From Sinorhizobium meliloti (lineage in GTDB: Bacteria; Pseudomonadota; Alphaproteobacteria; Rhizobiales; Rhizobiaceae), in the NCBI RefSeq assembly GCF_017876815.1, contig NZ_JAGIOS010000002.1, positions 300,001 through 332,000 of the forward strand: a stretch of DNA of 32,000 bases. Direction: 5' to 3'. Position numbers and translations under genes: made by a program. The notes beneath the pieces are model-generated. The model was not told where the DNA came from. It saw only the letters and a program-made list of their open reading frames with translations, and did not search any database. Within the stretch, counting starts at the first letter, position 1; each line of letters opens with the position of its first letter. Positions 9,202 through 19,168 of this stretch are shown here, in pieces.

Positions 9202-9383
9202 CGCGCCCGCGCAAAGGCTTGTAAGACCTATCTTTTAGGCCAGCCGGCAAAAATATACCCGCAGATTGGCAAGCTATGATGCAGTCATTCCTTCTGCCGC
9301 CGTCAATCGCTCGTTTCCTCCTCGAAAACGGCGGCGATTGCGTTATTCTTAGCGGAATTTCGTCGTACAGGAGGGAACACGCC

Positions 9384-10043
9384 ATGAGTCTGCGCATCAA
9401 CGATACCGCCCCTGATTTCACCGCCGAGACAACGCAGGGCACGATCAATTTCCATGAATGGATCGGCGACGGCTGGGCTGTCCTCTTCTCCCATCCGAAG
9501 AACTTCACCCCCGTCTGCACGACGGAACTCGGCGCCATGGCAGGGATCGAGCCGGAGTTCCGCAAGCGCGGCGTCAAGATCATAGGCATCTCGGTCGATC
9601 CGGTCGAGAGCCACTCCAAGTGGAAGAACGACATCAAGGTCGCGACCGGCTTCGAGGTCGACTACCCGCTGATCGGCGACCGCGATCTGAAGGTGGCAAA
9701 GCTTTACGACATGCTGCCGGCCGGCGCCGGAGAGACGTCCGAGGGCCGCACCCCGGCTGACAATGCCACGGTGCGCTCGGTCTACGTCATCGGGCCCGAC
9801 AAGAAGATCAAGCTGATCCTCACCTATCCGATGACCACCGGCCGCAACTTCAACGAGATACTGCGCGCCATCGACTCGATCCAGCTCACTGCCAAGCATC
9901 AGGTGGCAACGCCCGCCAACTGGCAGCAGGGCGAGGACGTCATCATCACGGCCGCCGTCTCCAACGAGGACGCCGTGCAGCGTTTCGGCTCTTTCGACAC
10001 CGTGCTTCCCTATCTCCGGAAGACGAAGCAGCCAACGGCATAG
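9384..10043 (+). CDS. 1-Cys peroxiredoxin (Prx6 subfamily), 219 aa from the ATG at 9384
   Basis: MSLRINDTAPDFTAETTQGTINFHEW... with the peroxidatic motif PKNFTPVCTTELG. RBS AGGAGGG (9369-9375) lies 8 nt before the ATG at 9384. The track's longer start at 9276 adds a non-homologous 36-aa extension. Confidence 0.88.
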   Translation: MSLRINDTAPDFTAETTQGTINFHEWIGDGWAVLFSHPKNFTPVCTTELGAMAGIEPEFRKRGVKIIGISVDPVESHSKWKNDIKVATGFEVDYPLIGDRDLKVAKLYDMLPAGAGETSEGRTPADNATVRSVYVIGPDKKIKLILTYPMTTGRNFNEILRAIDSIQLTAKHQVATPANWQQGEDVIITAAVSNEDAVQRFGSFDTVLPYLRKTKQPTA

Positions 10044-10072
10044 CAAAACCCGCTGGCCAACAGTCAGTCGTA

Positions 10073-10107
10073 AGGGCGCGTCAATTCATCAAGGGTTGAC
10101 GCGCCCT
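10073..10107. terminator. Perfect 12-bp hairpin between the convergent prx and hydrolase genes
   Basis: AGGGCGCGTCAA-TTCATCAAGGG-TTGACGCGCCCT, followed on the + strand by the pyrimidine/T-rich ACCGCTTCTTCCTAATATTCTTGTTT. Confidence 0.6.
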
Positions 10108-10161
10108 ACCGCTTCTTCCTAATATTCTTGTTTAATACCCACAGGGCAGAACCATCCTGCC

Positions 10162-11166
10162 TCAATCCGCTTTGGCGGTGGAGATGATCTCCGCCAGAAC
10201 CCCGTGCAGGGCGTCGCGATAGCCGTTGCGTGCCGAGGGGCCGCTTTCATCCGACGTCATGACCACCGTCAGGTTCAGGGACGGCACTATGTAGAGCATC
10301 TGGCCGCCATAGCCCCAAGCGTAATACACATCCTCGTCGCCGATCCGGCGCGTGAACCAGCCATATCCATAGCCGTCGCCGGTAAAACGGGAGGCGGTGC
10401 GCGGCCGCCAGGAAAGCTCGACCCAATCGGCCGGGACGACCTGCCGTCCGTCCGCGGTGCGGCCGCGATTGCGATAGAGCTCGCCGAAGGCAAGCAGCGA
10501 CCGCGCGCTCATCGCCATCTGGTTGCCGCCGAGATAGATGCCCTGGGGATCCCGCTCCCAGGCACCGATCCGGAAACCCTCGACCGGATCGAGCCATTCG
10601 CGCGCAAGCGCCAGTGTCGGCTTGCCGCCGACCTTGGTCAGTATTGCCGAGAGCAGATGGGTCGAGGCGGTCGAATAAAGCATCCGCCCTCCGGGCTCGT
10701 CGTCGAATGGCTGTGCCAGTGCGAAACGAACCCAATTGCGGCTAGACACCCAGCGGCCGTAGTTCGGTCCGGACATCCGCCCCAATCCCGCCTGCATCGA
10801 AAGCAGGTTGCCGATGGTGATGTCGTTGATCCGGGGGTCGGCCTGCGACGGGAGGTCTTCCTTCAGGAGCGGGGCGATCTTCTGCTCCGGGCCGTCGAGC
10901 AGACCCTTGTCGATCGCGATGCCCACAAGTGCGGACACGATCGACTTCGACGCCGACTTGATGTTGGTCGACTCCGAGGGCGTGTGGCCGCGATAACCCT
11001 TCTCGGCGATCGTCTCACCGTCCCTGGCAACGACCACAGTCTTCAGCGGTTTCAACTCCTCCCTGGTCTCCAGTCTCGTCAGCAAGGTGGTGACGGACTG
11101 ATCCTGCGCGGCTGCCGCCGAGTGGAAACCGAGAAGTGCAAGGAGCGTAATAACGAGCATAGTCAT
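10162..11166 (-). CDS. Exported serine hydrolase of the beta-lactamase/PBP (class C-like) family (334 aa)
   Basis: Signal peptide MTMLVITLLALLGFHSAAAAQDQ. S-x-x-K active-site motif in NIKSASKSIVSALVG. Confidence 0.8.
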   Translation of the reverse strand: MTMLVITLLALLGFHSAAAAQDQSVTTLLTRLETREELKPLKTVVVARDGETIAEKGYRGHTPSESTNIKSASKSIVSALVGIAIDKGLLDGPEQKIAPLLKEDLPSQADPRINDITIGNLLSMQAGLGRMSGPNYGRWVSSRNWVRFALAQPFDDEPGGRMLYSTASTHLLSAILTKVGGKPTLALAREWLDPVEGFRIGAWERDPQGIYLGGNQMAMSARSLLAFGELYRNRGRTADGRQVVPADWVELSWRPRTASRFTGDGYGYGWFTRRIGDEDVYYAWGYGGQMLYIVPSLNLTVVMTSDESGPSARNGYRDALHGVLAEIISTAKAD

Positions 11167-11268
11167 GCGTTCGACCTAGGGCGAACGGCACGACAAGTCA
11201 TCAAGTGCATTCCAAGCTCACGACGATGTGACCTCGCCGAAAGGTCGGCTACATCGATGTTCCGGGGT

Positions 11269-13281
11269 TCATTCCCTCCAGATCGCAACATCGACGGGTT
11301 TTAGCGTGCGGCCTCCCACGTAGAACTCGGCCGAGGCGCCCGCGGGAACCTCCGCGGGGATCCGGCCGAAATTGAAGGCGAAACGGAGATTGCCACGGCG
11401 CGTCACGCGAAGATCGCCGAGGTCGGGCAGGCTTTCCAACCCAGCCCAGCCGAGCGCGTCGCCGATCACCTTGTCGAGCAATGCGCCGTTGGCCGCAACC
11501 GCCAGGTAGCGTGCCTTGTCGCTGCCGACGAGCGCCGGCGCGCCGTTACGATACTCCCCGTCGAAGCTTGCGATGACAGTTTCGCTCGTCCTGACCGTCT
11601 CGCGCCAACCGCCCGCCTCATAGGCCTCGTTGCCATAGAGAACAGTCTCGCTGTGAAACTCCGGCAGCGACTCGACCCGCGAGACGCTGATATCGATGAG
11701 CTTCGCCAGCGGTCCTGGTGGTAGTCCCTCGGGGATGTGCATGTCCCTCGTCTTGCTGCCGCTGCGCGCGCCGAAGACCACCTTGGCATCCGCTCGCGTG
11801 AGCCGCTCGACGAAGGCCTCCTCGGCGATCACGAGATCCGGGGCAAGGATCAGCTTGTATCCGGCGATATCGGAGTGCTGTCCTATGAAATCCACATCGA
11901 CGCCGAGGCGGGCCACCGTCGAATACCAGTCGAGCGCAACCGCCGAAGCGGAATAGCTCCGCCCCTGCGGCAAGACGCGTGTGGCCCAGCGCGATTCGTA
12001 GTCGAGAACAATCGCGACCTGCGCCTTGCCACGCACCTCTCCCTCGGGCAGGCGCTTCATTTCAGCGACGACTTCGGCGACTTCAAGATAGCCCTGGTCC
12101 GCCTCGCTGTTTGGAAGAAGGAGGCCCGCGTGAAACTGTTCCTGCGCGAAAGGCGCCTGCCGCCAGCGGAAATAGGAGACCATGTCGACCCCATGGGCAT
12201 AGGCGAGCCACGTCCAGAGCCGCACCATGCCGTCGGCGGGGGACTGGTTGTGCGCCGCCCAGTTCACCGGCCCCGGCTGCTGCTCCATGACCCAGACGCG
12301 GCCGCGGCCGACGGCGCGGTAGAGATCGTGGTTGAAGGCCGGCTGGTCGGGATCCCCGACCCGGAGATAATGCTCCTTGTCCTTCGCTGCGAGCCGTCCG
12401 TTAAGCAGGCCGCCCATCGGATAGACGTCCCAGGAGGCGATGTCGATGTCCTCGCCCACCCTGTAATGATCGAAATCGGTGTTCTGCGACATGAAGTTGT
12501 GCGTCACCGGTCGCCCGGGCGAAAGCGCCCGGATGATGTCGACCTGCGCCTTGTTGAAGCTCTTCACCTGATCGGAAGAGAAGCGGATGAAATCCACCCC
12601 GTGGGTGGGGCTCGGCTCCTCCACGAGATTGTTCGGCAGGTCGATTTCCTCGAAGCTATCGTAGCGCATCGACCAAAATGAGGTGCCCCAGGCGCGGTTC
12701 AGCTCATCGATCGAGCCGTAGCGTTCGGCCAGCCACAAGCGGAACGCCCCGACCGCCTCGGCGGAATAGCTGTAGATCGTGTCGTGGTCGCCATATTCAT
12801 TGTCCGTCTGCCAGGCATGGACATAGATGTGTTCGCCATAGCGGCGCGCCATCGCCTCGGTGATGCGCGCCGCCTCGGAGCGGTAACGCCGACTCGAGAA
12901 GCAATAGTGGCGTCGCGCGCCGAATTTGCGCACCGCTCCGGTCGCGTCCACCGGCAGAATCTCGGGATAGCGGTTCACGAGCCATTTCGGCGGGGCCGCC
13001 GTCGGCGTGCCGAGGATGACCTTGAGGCCGGCCTTGCCCAGAACATCGATCGCCTCGTCCAGCCATTCCCAATGAAATTCGCCCGACCGCGGCTCTATTT
13101 TCGCCCAGGCGAACTCACCGATGCGAACCCAGGAGAGGCCGAGCTCGACCATTCGCCGGGCGTCCTCCGCCCATTTCCCGCGCGGCCATTGTTCCGGGTA
13201 GTAGCACACGCCGAGCTCAAGCCTGCCAGGCGTCCGTGCGTCGGAGTTGAAGTGATTGGGGCTAGTCAGCGGCATGTGCAA
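11269..13281 (-). CDS. GH42 beta-galactosidase (670 aa)
   Basis: Acid/base motif HAWQTDNEYG and nucleophile motif VWVMEQQPGPVNW are typical of GH42. The track start is a TTG at 13281, with AAGGA 7 nt upstream. An alternative ATG lies at 13275. Confidence 0.88.
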   Translation of the reverse strand: MHMPLTSPNHFNSDARTPGRLELGVCYYPEQWPRGKWAEDARRMVELGLSWVRIGEFAWAKIEPRSGEFHWEWLDEAIDVLGKAGLKVILGTPTAAPPKWLVNRYPEILPVDATGAVRKFGARRHYCFSSRRYRSEAARITEAMARRYGEHIYVHAWQTDNEYGDHDTIYSYSAEAVGAFRLWLAERYGSIDELNRAWGTSFWSMRYDSFEEIDLPNNLVEEPSPTHGVDFIRFSSDQVKSFNKAQVDIIRALSPGRPVTHNFMSQNTDFDHYRVGEDIDIASWDVYPMGGLLNGRLAAKDKEHYLRVGDPDQPAFNHDLYRAVGRGRVWVMEQQPGPVNWAAHNQSPADGMVRLWTWLAYAHGVDMVSYFRWRQAPFAQEQFHAGLLLPNSEADQGYLEVAEVVAEMKRLPEGEVRGKAQVAIVLDYESRWATRVLPQGRSYSASAVALDWYSTVARLGVDVDFIGQHSDIAGYKLILAPDLVIAEEAFVERLTRADAKVVFGARSGSKTRDMHIPEGLPPGPLAKLIDISVSRVESLPEFHSETVLYGNEAYEAGGWRETVRTSETVIASFDGEYRNGAPALVGSDKARYLAVAANGALLDKVIGDALGWAGLESLPDLGDLRVTRRGNLRFAFNFGRIPAEVPAGASAEFYVGGRTLKPVDVAIWRE

Positions 13282-13352
13282 GGTAAAGTCCTTTGTCGTA
13301 TTTCGATTGTCGGCGGAGAAACCGTCGCGACAATTGCGATCCGGTCTGGCTG

Positions 13353-13368
13353 ATGTAAACGTTTATAT
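13353..13368. promoter_or_regulatory. LacI-family operator candidate upstream of the GH42 gene
   Basis: ATGTAAACGTTTATAT contains the perfect 10-bp palindrome TAAACGTTTA centred on CG (13360/13361), about 79 nt upstream of the GH42 start. The same core occurs at 20383-20417 and 27797-27814. Confidence 0.55.
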
Positions 13369-13400
13369 TGCGCGCCGGAGCGTTGCGGCATCTTGGCCGG

Positions 13401-14435
13401 TCATCGTTCCGGCCTCAGCCGGTCGTCCGAGCGCTCGATGAGATCCGGCATCAGGAGCGTCTGCAGGGCATCGGGCGGCTCTCCCTCCATCCGCCGCAGG
13501 ATGAACTTGCCGAGCAGCGCGCTCGGCTCGCCGATCGGCAGGTAGTAGCTCGTGATCGGCGGCGCGAAATACTGGCTGACGTTCAGGTCGTCGGTCGCAT
13601 TGATGACCGCGTCACGCCCATGCACCAGCCCGCGCGCGTGGAAGCCGGAAAAGGCCCCGAGCGCGGTGGCTTCGTTGGCACAGATATAGGCGGTGGGCGG
13701 ATCGGCAAGCGCAGACATGGTCACCACATTTTCCCGGCCGAATGCGGGCGTCAGCCGACCATGAGCGACGAGGGCGGGATCGTAGGGCAGGCCTGCCTTT
13801 TCGAGCGCTTTGCGGTAGCTTTCCAGACGGACGACGCCATAGGCGAACTGCTCTTTCGGATTGAGCAGCGCGATCCGCCTGTGGCCGCGCTCGATCAACC
13901 GCGCCACGGACAGGCGGATCATCTGCTCGTTGTCGGCATCGACATAGGCATGCGGCGCATTGTGGATGCTCATGCCGTAGGTCACGAAGGGGAACTCCGC
14001 TTCCTGCATCAAGCGGATCCGCGGATCGTCGGCGCGCGTGCCCGAGATGATGATGCCGTCCGCCTTCTTCATCGAAACGATCTGACTGATCGTTTCCTGG
14101 CTTTCCTCGAAGTCGCGCACGGCGTAGAGCGAGACGCGATAGGGGCTTTCTTCCAGCGCCCAGGAAATACCGCTGAGGAGTTGCGCATATTCCACGCCCT
14201 CCCATTCGTTTTCCTTCGGGCCCGGCGCCGTCATGATGGCGGCAACCTGATAGGTCTTGCCGGTGCGCAGCTGCACGCCATGAAGATTGAGCTCGTAGCC
14301 CACGCGCTCGGCCGCATCGAGCACGACGGCCCTGGTCTCCGGGCGAACCTGCGGAGAATGCTTCAGGGCCTTGGAGACCGTCGCAATCGACAGTCCCGTT
14401 TCCCGCGCTATCGTCTTTATGGTCGGTCGCTGCAT
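13401..14435 (-). CDS. LacI-family transcriptional regulator (344 aa)
   Basis: N-terminal HTH MQRPTIKTIARETGLSIATVSKALKHSPQVRPETR plus a periplasmic-binding-protein-like effector domain. The ATG lies 7 nt after the stop of the upstream hydrolase gene. Confidence 0.9.
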   Translation of the reverse strand: MQRPTIKTIARETGLSIATVSKALKHSPQVRPETRAVVLDAAERVGYELNLHGVQLRTGKTYQVAAIMTAPGPKENEWEGVEYAQLLSGISWALEESPYRVSLYAVRDFEESQETISQIVSMKKADGIIISGTRADDPRIRLMQEAEFPFVTYGMSIHNAPHAYVDADNEQMIRLSVARLIERGHRRIALLNPKEQFAYGVVRLESYRKALEKAGLPYDPALVAHGRLTPAFGRENVVTMSALADPPTAYICANEATALGAFSGFHARGLVHGRDAVINATDDLNVSQYFAPPITSYYLPIGEPSALLGKFILRRMEGEPPDALQTLLMPDLIERSDDRLRPER

Positions 14436-14442
14436 GACGGCT

Positions 14443-16155
14443 TCAACTCTTCACCGGTTTTTCGTCGCGGAGGGATTGCGCCAGCAGCAGATAGACTGCG
14501 GACGTCCAGGCGAATGCCCGGTCCCGAAGGCCCCTGCCCGAGCGCGCGTCGAAGTTTTCGGCCATACCGTGTGCGTTGGCAAGTGCACAGAACTTCTGCG
14601 CGATTTCCCGCGCCAATGCACCCTCGCCCTGGCGGCGCAGTCCATCCCACAGGAGATAGGTCGTCGGCGCCCAGATGGGTCCGCGCCAGTAACCATCGTC
14701 CTCGTAAAAGGGACTCCGGGGGCTCTCCGTCGCCGGGCCCCAATCGGTGATGAACGCACCTTCGACCAGCCGGGCGACGAGCTGGCGGCACATTGCTGCC
14801 GGCAAGCGGGAGCCCAGCAGCAGCGGCATGAACTGGATCAGGCTCTCGCCCGGAAGAATTCGTTCGGGATCGGCGGCAAGACGCGCGGCAAAAGTCTCGC
14901 CGGTCCAGAGCATGTCGACGAGGAGCGCTTGAAGTTCGTCGGCGATACGCAACCATCGGGCTGCTTTTCCCGGATCATCCTCCAGCAGGTTGGCAAGCGC
15001 CTCGCAGGCCAGGATGAGGAAGACCGGAAGGTCGGGTGACAGAACCGGGCCGCCTTCGGCAAAGAAGCTCGCATTATCCCAGCCGCTGTCATTGCCGTGG
15101 AAGTAGCTCGGCAACACATTGTCGCCGGCGCGGCCGTGGGTCAGCCAGTAGGAGACCTGCCTGCCGATCGCATCGCGCAGATAGGCTCGGCGTTCCGGCG
15201 TCAGGAAGGCGGGATTTTCGCGCGCCATGCAGGAGACGGCCCAGCCGTGAACGGGGGGCTTGGTGAAGGCGAAGAGCGCTTCGCGGTCGTTGACGTAGTC
15301 CGGCAGCAGGCCGGAAGCGTCCTGATGGTCGAAGATCGCTGCGAACTGGCCGAAGGCGAGCTCTTCGTCGAAGGCGGCGACGCCGAGTGCCGAGAAGGCA
15401 TTGTCCCAGCTCCAGATGTTGATCATGCCGTTTTTCGACATGTAGATCGCCGGCCGCGTCAGCACGCCTTCGGCCGGCACGGTGTTCGCCCAAAGGAGAT
15501 AGGCCGCGAGCCGTTGCGCTTCCTCCTGTCCGGGGACACCCGCCGGGATCGATCGATACCAGGCGCCGAACTCGGCTGTAACGGCTGCATGTGCCTCCTC
15601 GAAGCTGCCGGGTCCTTCCGGCGGCGGGAGGGCGCGAAAGAAATCGACATTGCCCTCGAATGTCCCCTCGCCCGAGAGCGTAAAGGAGACATCGGTGGAC
15701 CGGTCCCTGTCCCACTTGCCGGAAACGGCGAGTTCACCAAGACGGCCCCGCGGAATGAATTTCATGTTCTCACCCGCTGCAACGAGGCACCATTCGCCGC
15801 CGGGCGTGCGGTAGACATAGTCGTAGCGCGATCCTTCGACATGGAAACGCACGCCGGCATTTTCGCCGCGAATGTGCAACCGCTCGCCGTCTCCAATGAC
15901 GAAGCGGACGATGCCTTCGCCGGTCCGCGCCACAAGCTGATCCGGCGACAGTTGGAAGCGCGTCGCCGCCGGCCGGCCTTCCCCGTCCAGGAACTCGACA
16001 CGACACAACCGTCCGAGCGAAGGACGCTCGTCGCCGCCGCTGACGCGTCTGAGGTAAAGCGCACGCTCGCCGTCACGACCGGGAACACGCATCGTCGACA
16101 GCGTCAGGAAGCGCCCCTTTCGGCTGAAGGGAACATGGTCGATATCGAACAGCAT
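14443..16155 (-). CDS. GH63-like (YgjK / mannosylglycerate-hydrolase-type) (alpha/alpha)6-barrel glycoside hydrolase (570 aa)
   Basis: Motifs NIWSWDNAFSALG and DDGYWRGPIWAPTTYLLWDGL are characteristic of the GH63/GH37-like barrel. No signal peptide. The ATG lies 3 nt after the permease stop. Confidence 0.7.
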   Translation of the reverse strand: MLFDIDHVPFSRKGRFLTLSTMRVPGRDGERALYLRRVSGGDERPSLGRLCRVEFLDGEGRPAATRFQLSPDQLVARTGEGIVRFVIGDGERLHIRGENAGVRFHVEGSRYDYVYRTPGGEWCLVAAGENMKFIPRGRLGELAVSGKWDRDRSTDVSFTLSGEGTFEGNVDFFRALPPPEGPGSFEEAHAAVTAEFGAWYRSIPAGVPGQEEAQRLAAYLLWANTVPAEGVLTRPAIYMSKNGMINIWSWDNAFSALGVAAFDEELAFGQFAAIFDHQDASGLLPDYVNDREALFAFTKPPVHGWAVSCMARENPAFLTPERRAYLRDAIGRQVSYWLTHGRAGDNVLPSYFHGNDSGWDNASFFAEGGPVLSPDLPVFLILACEALANLLEDDPGKAARWLRIADELQALLVDMLWTGETFAARLAADPERILPGESLIQFMPLLLGSRLPAAMCRQLVARLVEGAFITDWGPATESPRSPFYEDDGYWRGPIWAPTTYLLWDGLRRQGEGALAREIAQKFCALANAHGMAENFDARSGRGLRDRAFAWTSAVYLLLAQSLRDEKPVKS

Positions 16156-16158
16156 TGC

Positions 16159-16983
16159 CTATCCCTTCACCGAAGAGCCGACGGCTCCATCCATGATATA
16201 GCGCTGCGCCAGGAAGAAGAGGGCGAGCGGCGGCAGGCAGAGGATGACGGTGATCGCTGCGATCGAGGTGACGTCGATCTCATGCAGGCCCTTGAACATC
16301 GAAAGCCCGAGGGTGAGCGTGTACTTCGACTGATCGTTGAGGAAGATCAAGGGCCCCAGATAGTCGTTCCACGCATTCATGAAATGGAAGGTACCGACCA
16401 GCACCAGGGCCGGCAGCATCAGAGGCAGATGGATGCGCCAGTAGATGTCGAAGCTGTTCGCTCCGTCCATGCGGGCTGCTTCGTCGATCTCCATCGGTAT
16501 CGTCATGATGTATTGGCGAAGCAGGAAAACGAAGAAGGCGTCGGCGAAATAGGCGGGCACGATCAGGGGTTTGAGCGTGTTGATCCAGCCCAGCATGTTG
16601 AACTCCATGTAGAGCGGAATCATCTTCACGTCCCAGGGTATCATCATGGTCGCGAGCAGCAGCACGAACAGGGCGTCGCGTCCAGGAAACCGGAAGCGGG
16701 CGAAGCCGAAGGCGACGAGCGAACTCGAAAGAAGCTGGCCGATCGTCGAAAGGACGACGACGATCAGCGAGTTCGAGAGATAGGTGCCGAAGGGCTGCTT
16801 GTTCCAGGCGGCTACAAAATTCTCCCAGTGCCACTCGGACGGCCAAAGGACCGGTGGGAACCGATATAGCTCCGCCGTGCTTTTGACCGCCGTCATGAAG
16901 GTCCAGTAGAACGGCGCGATGAACAGGGCCGACAGCAGGATCAGCGTCGCATAGAGGACGGTCTTACGCATCGCGGTCTCCAT
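16159..16983 (-). CDS. CUT1-type sugar ABC transporter permease (MalG-like)
   Basis: Multi-TM protein with EAA loop MEIDEAARMDGANSFDIYWRIHLP. The track start is at 16983. The ATG at 16971 (MRKTV...) has the better RBS (GGAGA, 5 nt spacer) and is the likelier start. Confidence 0.85.
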   Translation of the reverse strand: METAMRKTVLYATLILLSALFIAPFYWTFMTAVKSTAELYRFPPVLWPSEWHWENFVAAWNKQPFGTYLSNSLIVVVLSTIGQLLSSSLVAFGFARFRFPGRDALFVLLLATMMIPWDVKMIPLYMEFNMLGWINTLKPLIVPAYFADAFFVFLLRQYIMTIPMEIDEAARMDGANSFDIYWRIHLPLMLPALVLVGTFHFMNAWNDYLGPLIFLNDQSKYTLTLGLSMFKGLHEIDVTSIAAITVILCLPPLALFFLAQRYIMDGAVGSSVKG

Positions 16984-17923
16984 CGGCCGGCCGGACCTCG
17001 CCCTCGTAATAGACCCATGCGGCGGACCAGCGCATGACGACGAGGCTGAGCGTCAGCACGATGACGAACATCACCCAGGAGCCCGCGGCGGCATAGCCCA
17101 TGTCGAAATATTTGAAGGCGTTGTCGTAGATGTACATGGCAAAGAAATAGGTGGAGCCGAGAGGGCCGCCCTTCGTCAGCAGAAGCGCTATCGTCAGCTG
17201 TTGGAATGCGGAGATGATCGAGGTGATGAAGGTGAAGATCAGCATCGGCCCGAGCATCGGCAGCGTGATGAACACCATCTGCGCCCAACCCGGAACCCCC
17301 GAGACGGTCGCGGCCTCGTAGAGCTCTTTCGGAATGGCCTTGAGACCGGTGAGAAGGATCAGCATCGTACCGCCGAGGCCCCAGAGGCTTGCGACGATGA
17401 TGGCGACCAGCGCCAGGCTGGGATCGCCGAGCCAGTTCGGTCCATCGATGCCGACGAGCGAGAGCATGAAGTTCAACAGTCCGTATTCCCTGCTGTAGAT
17501 CCAGCTCCAGATCGTCACAAGCGCAACGCCCGAGATCACGCTCGGCAAATAGAACACCGTGCGAAAGAAGCCGCTGGCGAAAGTCGCATGGTGCAGCAAC
17601 AGCGCCAGCAGGAACGACATGACGATGTTGAACGGCACGTAGATCGCCGCGAACTTCACCGTGATCCAGAGGCTTTCCCGGAATTGCGGGTCCTCCATGA
17701 ACATCGAGCGGTAGTTGTCGAGTCCGACGAAGGTGCGCTCGCCGACGACGGGCCAGTCGAAAAAGCTCATCGTCAGCGAGAAGCAGAGTGGGCCGAGGGT
17801 GAAGAAGAGGAACCCCAGTATCCATGGGGAGATGAACAGGAAGGGCGCAAGATGCCGCCCGGCATTCGCTCGTCTGCGCCGAACGACCTCCGCCTTCGGT
17901 CCCGTATGGGCAGCCATGTCCAT
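16964..17923 (-). CDS. CUT1-type sugar ABC transporter permease (MalF-like)
   Basis: EAA loop ELYEAATVSGVPGWAQMVFITLP. The track start is a GTG at 17932. The ATG at 17923 (MDMAAH...) lies 8 nt downstream of AAGGAG, which directly follows the SBP stop. Confidence 0.85.
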   Translation of the reverse strand: MDMAAHTGPKAEVVRRRRANAGRHLAPFLFISPWILGFLFFTLGPLCFSLTMSFFDWPVVGERTFVGLDNYRSMFMEDPQFRESLWITVKFAAIYVPFNIVMSFLLALLLHHATFASGFFRTVFYLPSVISGVALVTIWSWIYSREYGLLNFMLSLVGIDGPNWLGDPSLALVAIIVASLWGLGGTMLILLTGLKAIPKELYEAATVSGVPGWAQMVFITLPMLGPMLIFTFITSIISAFQQLTIALLLTKGGPLGSTYFFAMYIYDNAFKYFDMGYAAAGSWVMFVIVLTLSLVVMRWSAAWVYYEGEVRPADGDRDA

Positions 17924-17935
17924 CCCCCGCACTCC

Positions 17936-19168
17936 TTACTTCAGCAGGCGCTTGGAGCGCTTGACTGCATCGTCGAGATGGGCCTTGGCATTGCCCTGGT
18001 CGATCATCGTCGCCTCGATGGCGCGCGCCAGATTGTCCTGAATCTTGCCCCAGTTGGCGTTCTTCAGATAGGCGTGCCTTTCGGTGTTGGAGGTGGCGAG
18101 AATATCGAAGAAGGGCTTGTACACAGGCTCCTTCGTCATCCCTTTCGCCTCGGCCACGCTCTTGCGCACCGGCAGGTCGTTGACGCGCATCGCGACCGAG
18201 TCGGGCGAGGAGAAGAACTTCACGAATTCCCAGGCGAGGTCGGGATGGGCGGCGTCCTTGGCGATGGAGATCGCCGAAACGCCGAGTGCCGAATGGGCGG
18301 GACGGTCGCCGAATGTCGGCAGCGGCGCGACGCCATAGCTGAAGCCGGCGGCATCGATATCTGCCTTGTCCCACATGGCGCTCTGGAACATGGCGATCTT
18401 GCCGCCCTGGAACAGCGTGTCACCCCCCGTTTCGTCCCCGAGGTGCAGCGTCACGGCTTCCTCTTTCCTGGCCATGTCGGCGAACATGCCGAGCACGGCG
18501 GCGGCCACGTCGCTATTCATGTAGCCATCGATCTCCTTGCCGTCGTCAGAGATGTATTTCGTGCCGTTCGACCAGAGGAACTGCTCGAAATCATAGGGGT
18601 CCGGCTTGGCGTCGACGGCGAACCCGTAGACCTTGCCGGCCTCGTCGCGGAACTTGGCTGCCTTTGCGCGCAGATCGTCCCAGGTCCAGCCCTCCTTCGG
18701 CTCTTCGACACCCGCCTTTGCGAACATTTCCTTGTTGTAGAAGACCACCTGGGTGGTGAATCCCGAGGGCATGCCGTAGGTCTTGCCCTCGATACGCGTC
18801 GTGTTCATCAGGCCTTCCGGAAAATCGTCCGGCTTGATCTCGGCCGAATCGCGCGCGATCAGCTCATCGAGCGGCATCAGCGACGTGTAGTATTGCGGGA
18901 AGTTCCACATATACATGACATCGGGCGGATTGCCCGCTCCGAAGGCGGCGACGAGCTTCTGGTCGTAGCCCTCGGCATAGGGCTCGACCTGAACCTTCAC
19001 GCCGGGGTGCTTCTCTTCGAATTTTTTGGCGATCGCCTGCTGGATGGCAAGGCTCTCGCCCGTGTCCCAGGTCGCGAAACGCAAGACCTCCTCTGCGCGC
19101 GCAGTCGCCGCGCCGGCAACCGACAGTGCCAAAAGCGCTCCGATGATCGTCGTTTTCATATCAGGCAT
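17936..19168 (-). CDS. Family-1 extracellular solute-binding protein of a sugar ABC transporter
   Basis: Signal peptide MPDMKTTIIGALLALSVAGAATARAEE. RBS GGAGGAG lies 4 nt (GGAGG core 6 nt) before the ATG at 19168. The track's start at 19273 adds an Arg-rich extension that overlaps the ATPase gene. Confidence 0.85.
   Translation of the reverse strand: MPDMKTTIIGALLALSVAGAATARAEEVLRFATWDTGESLAIQQAIAKKFEEKHPGVKVQVEPYAEGYDQKLVAAFGAGNPPDVMYMWNFPQYYTSLMPLDELIARDSAEIKPDDFPEGLMNTTRIEGKTYGMPSGFTTQVVFYNKEMFAKAGVEEPKEGWTWDDLRAKAAKFRDEAGKVYGFAVDAKPDPYDFEQFLWSNGTKYISDDGKEIDGYMNSDVAAAVLGMFADMARKEEAVTLHLGDETGGDTLFQGGKIAMFQSAMWDKADIDAAGFSYGVAPLPTFGDRPAHSALGVSAISIAKDAAHPDLAWEFVKFFSSPDSVAMRVNDLPVRKSVAEAKGMTKEPVYKPFFDILATSNTERHAYLKNANWGKIQDNLARAIEATMIDQGNAKAHLDDAVKRSKRLLK

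Noticed and set aside
13368-14750. 460-aa plus-strand ORF over the LacI regulator gene
   Set aside because: It is antisense to a clear HTH-LacI protein, is Arg/Gly/His-rich, and has no domain signature.
15097-16869. 590-aa plus-strand ORF over the GH63-like and permease genes
   Set aside because: It would span two well-supported minus-strand genes and their junction. Its composition is Arg/Glu/Asp/Gly-rich without motifs.
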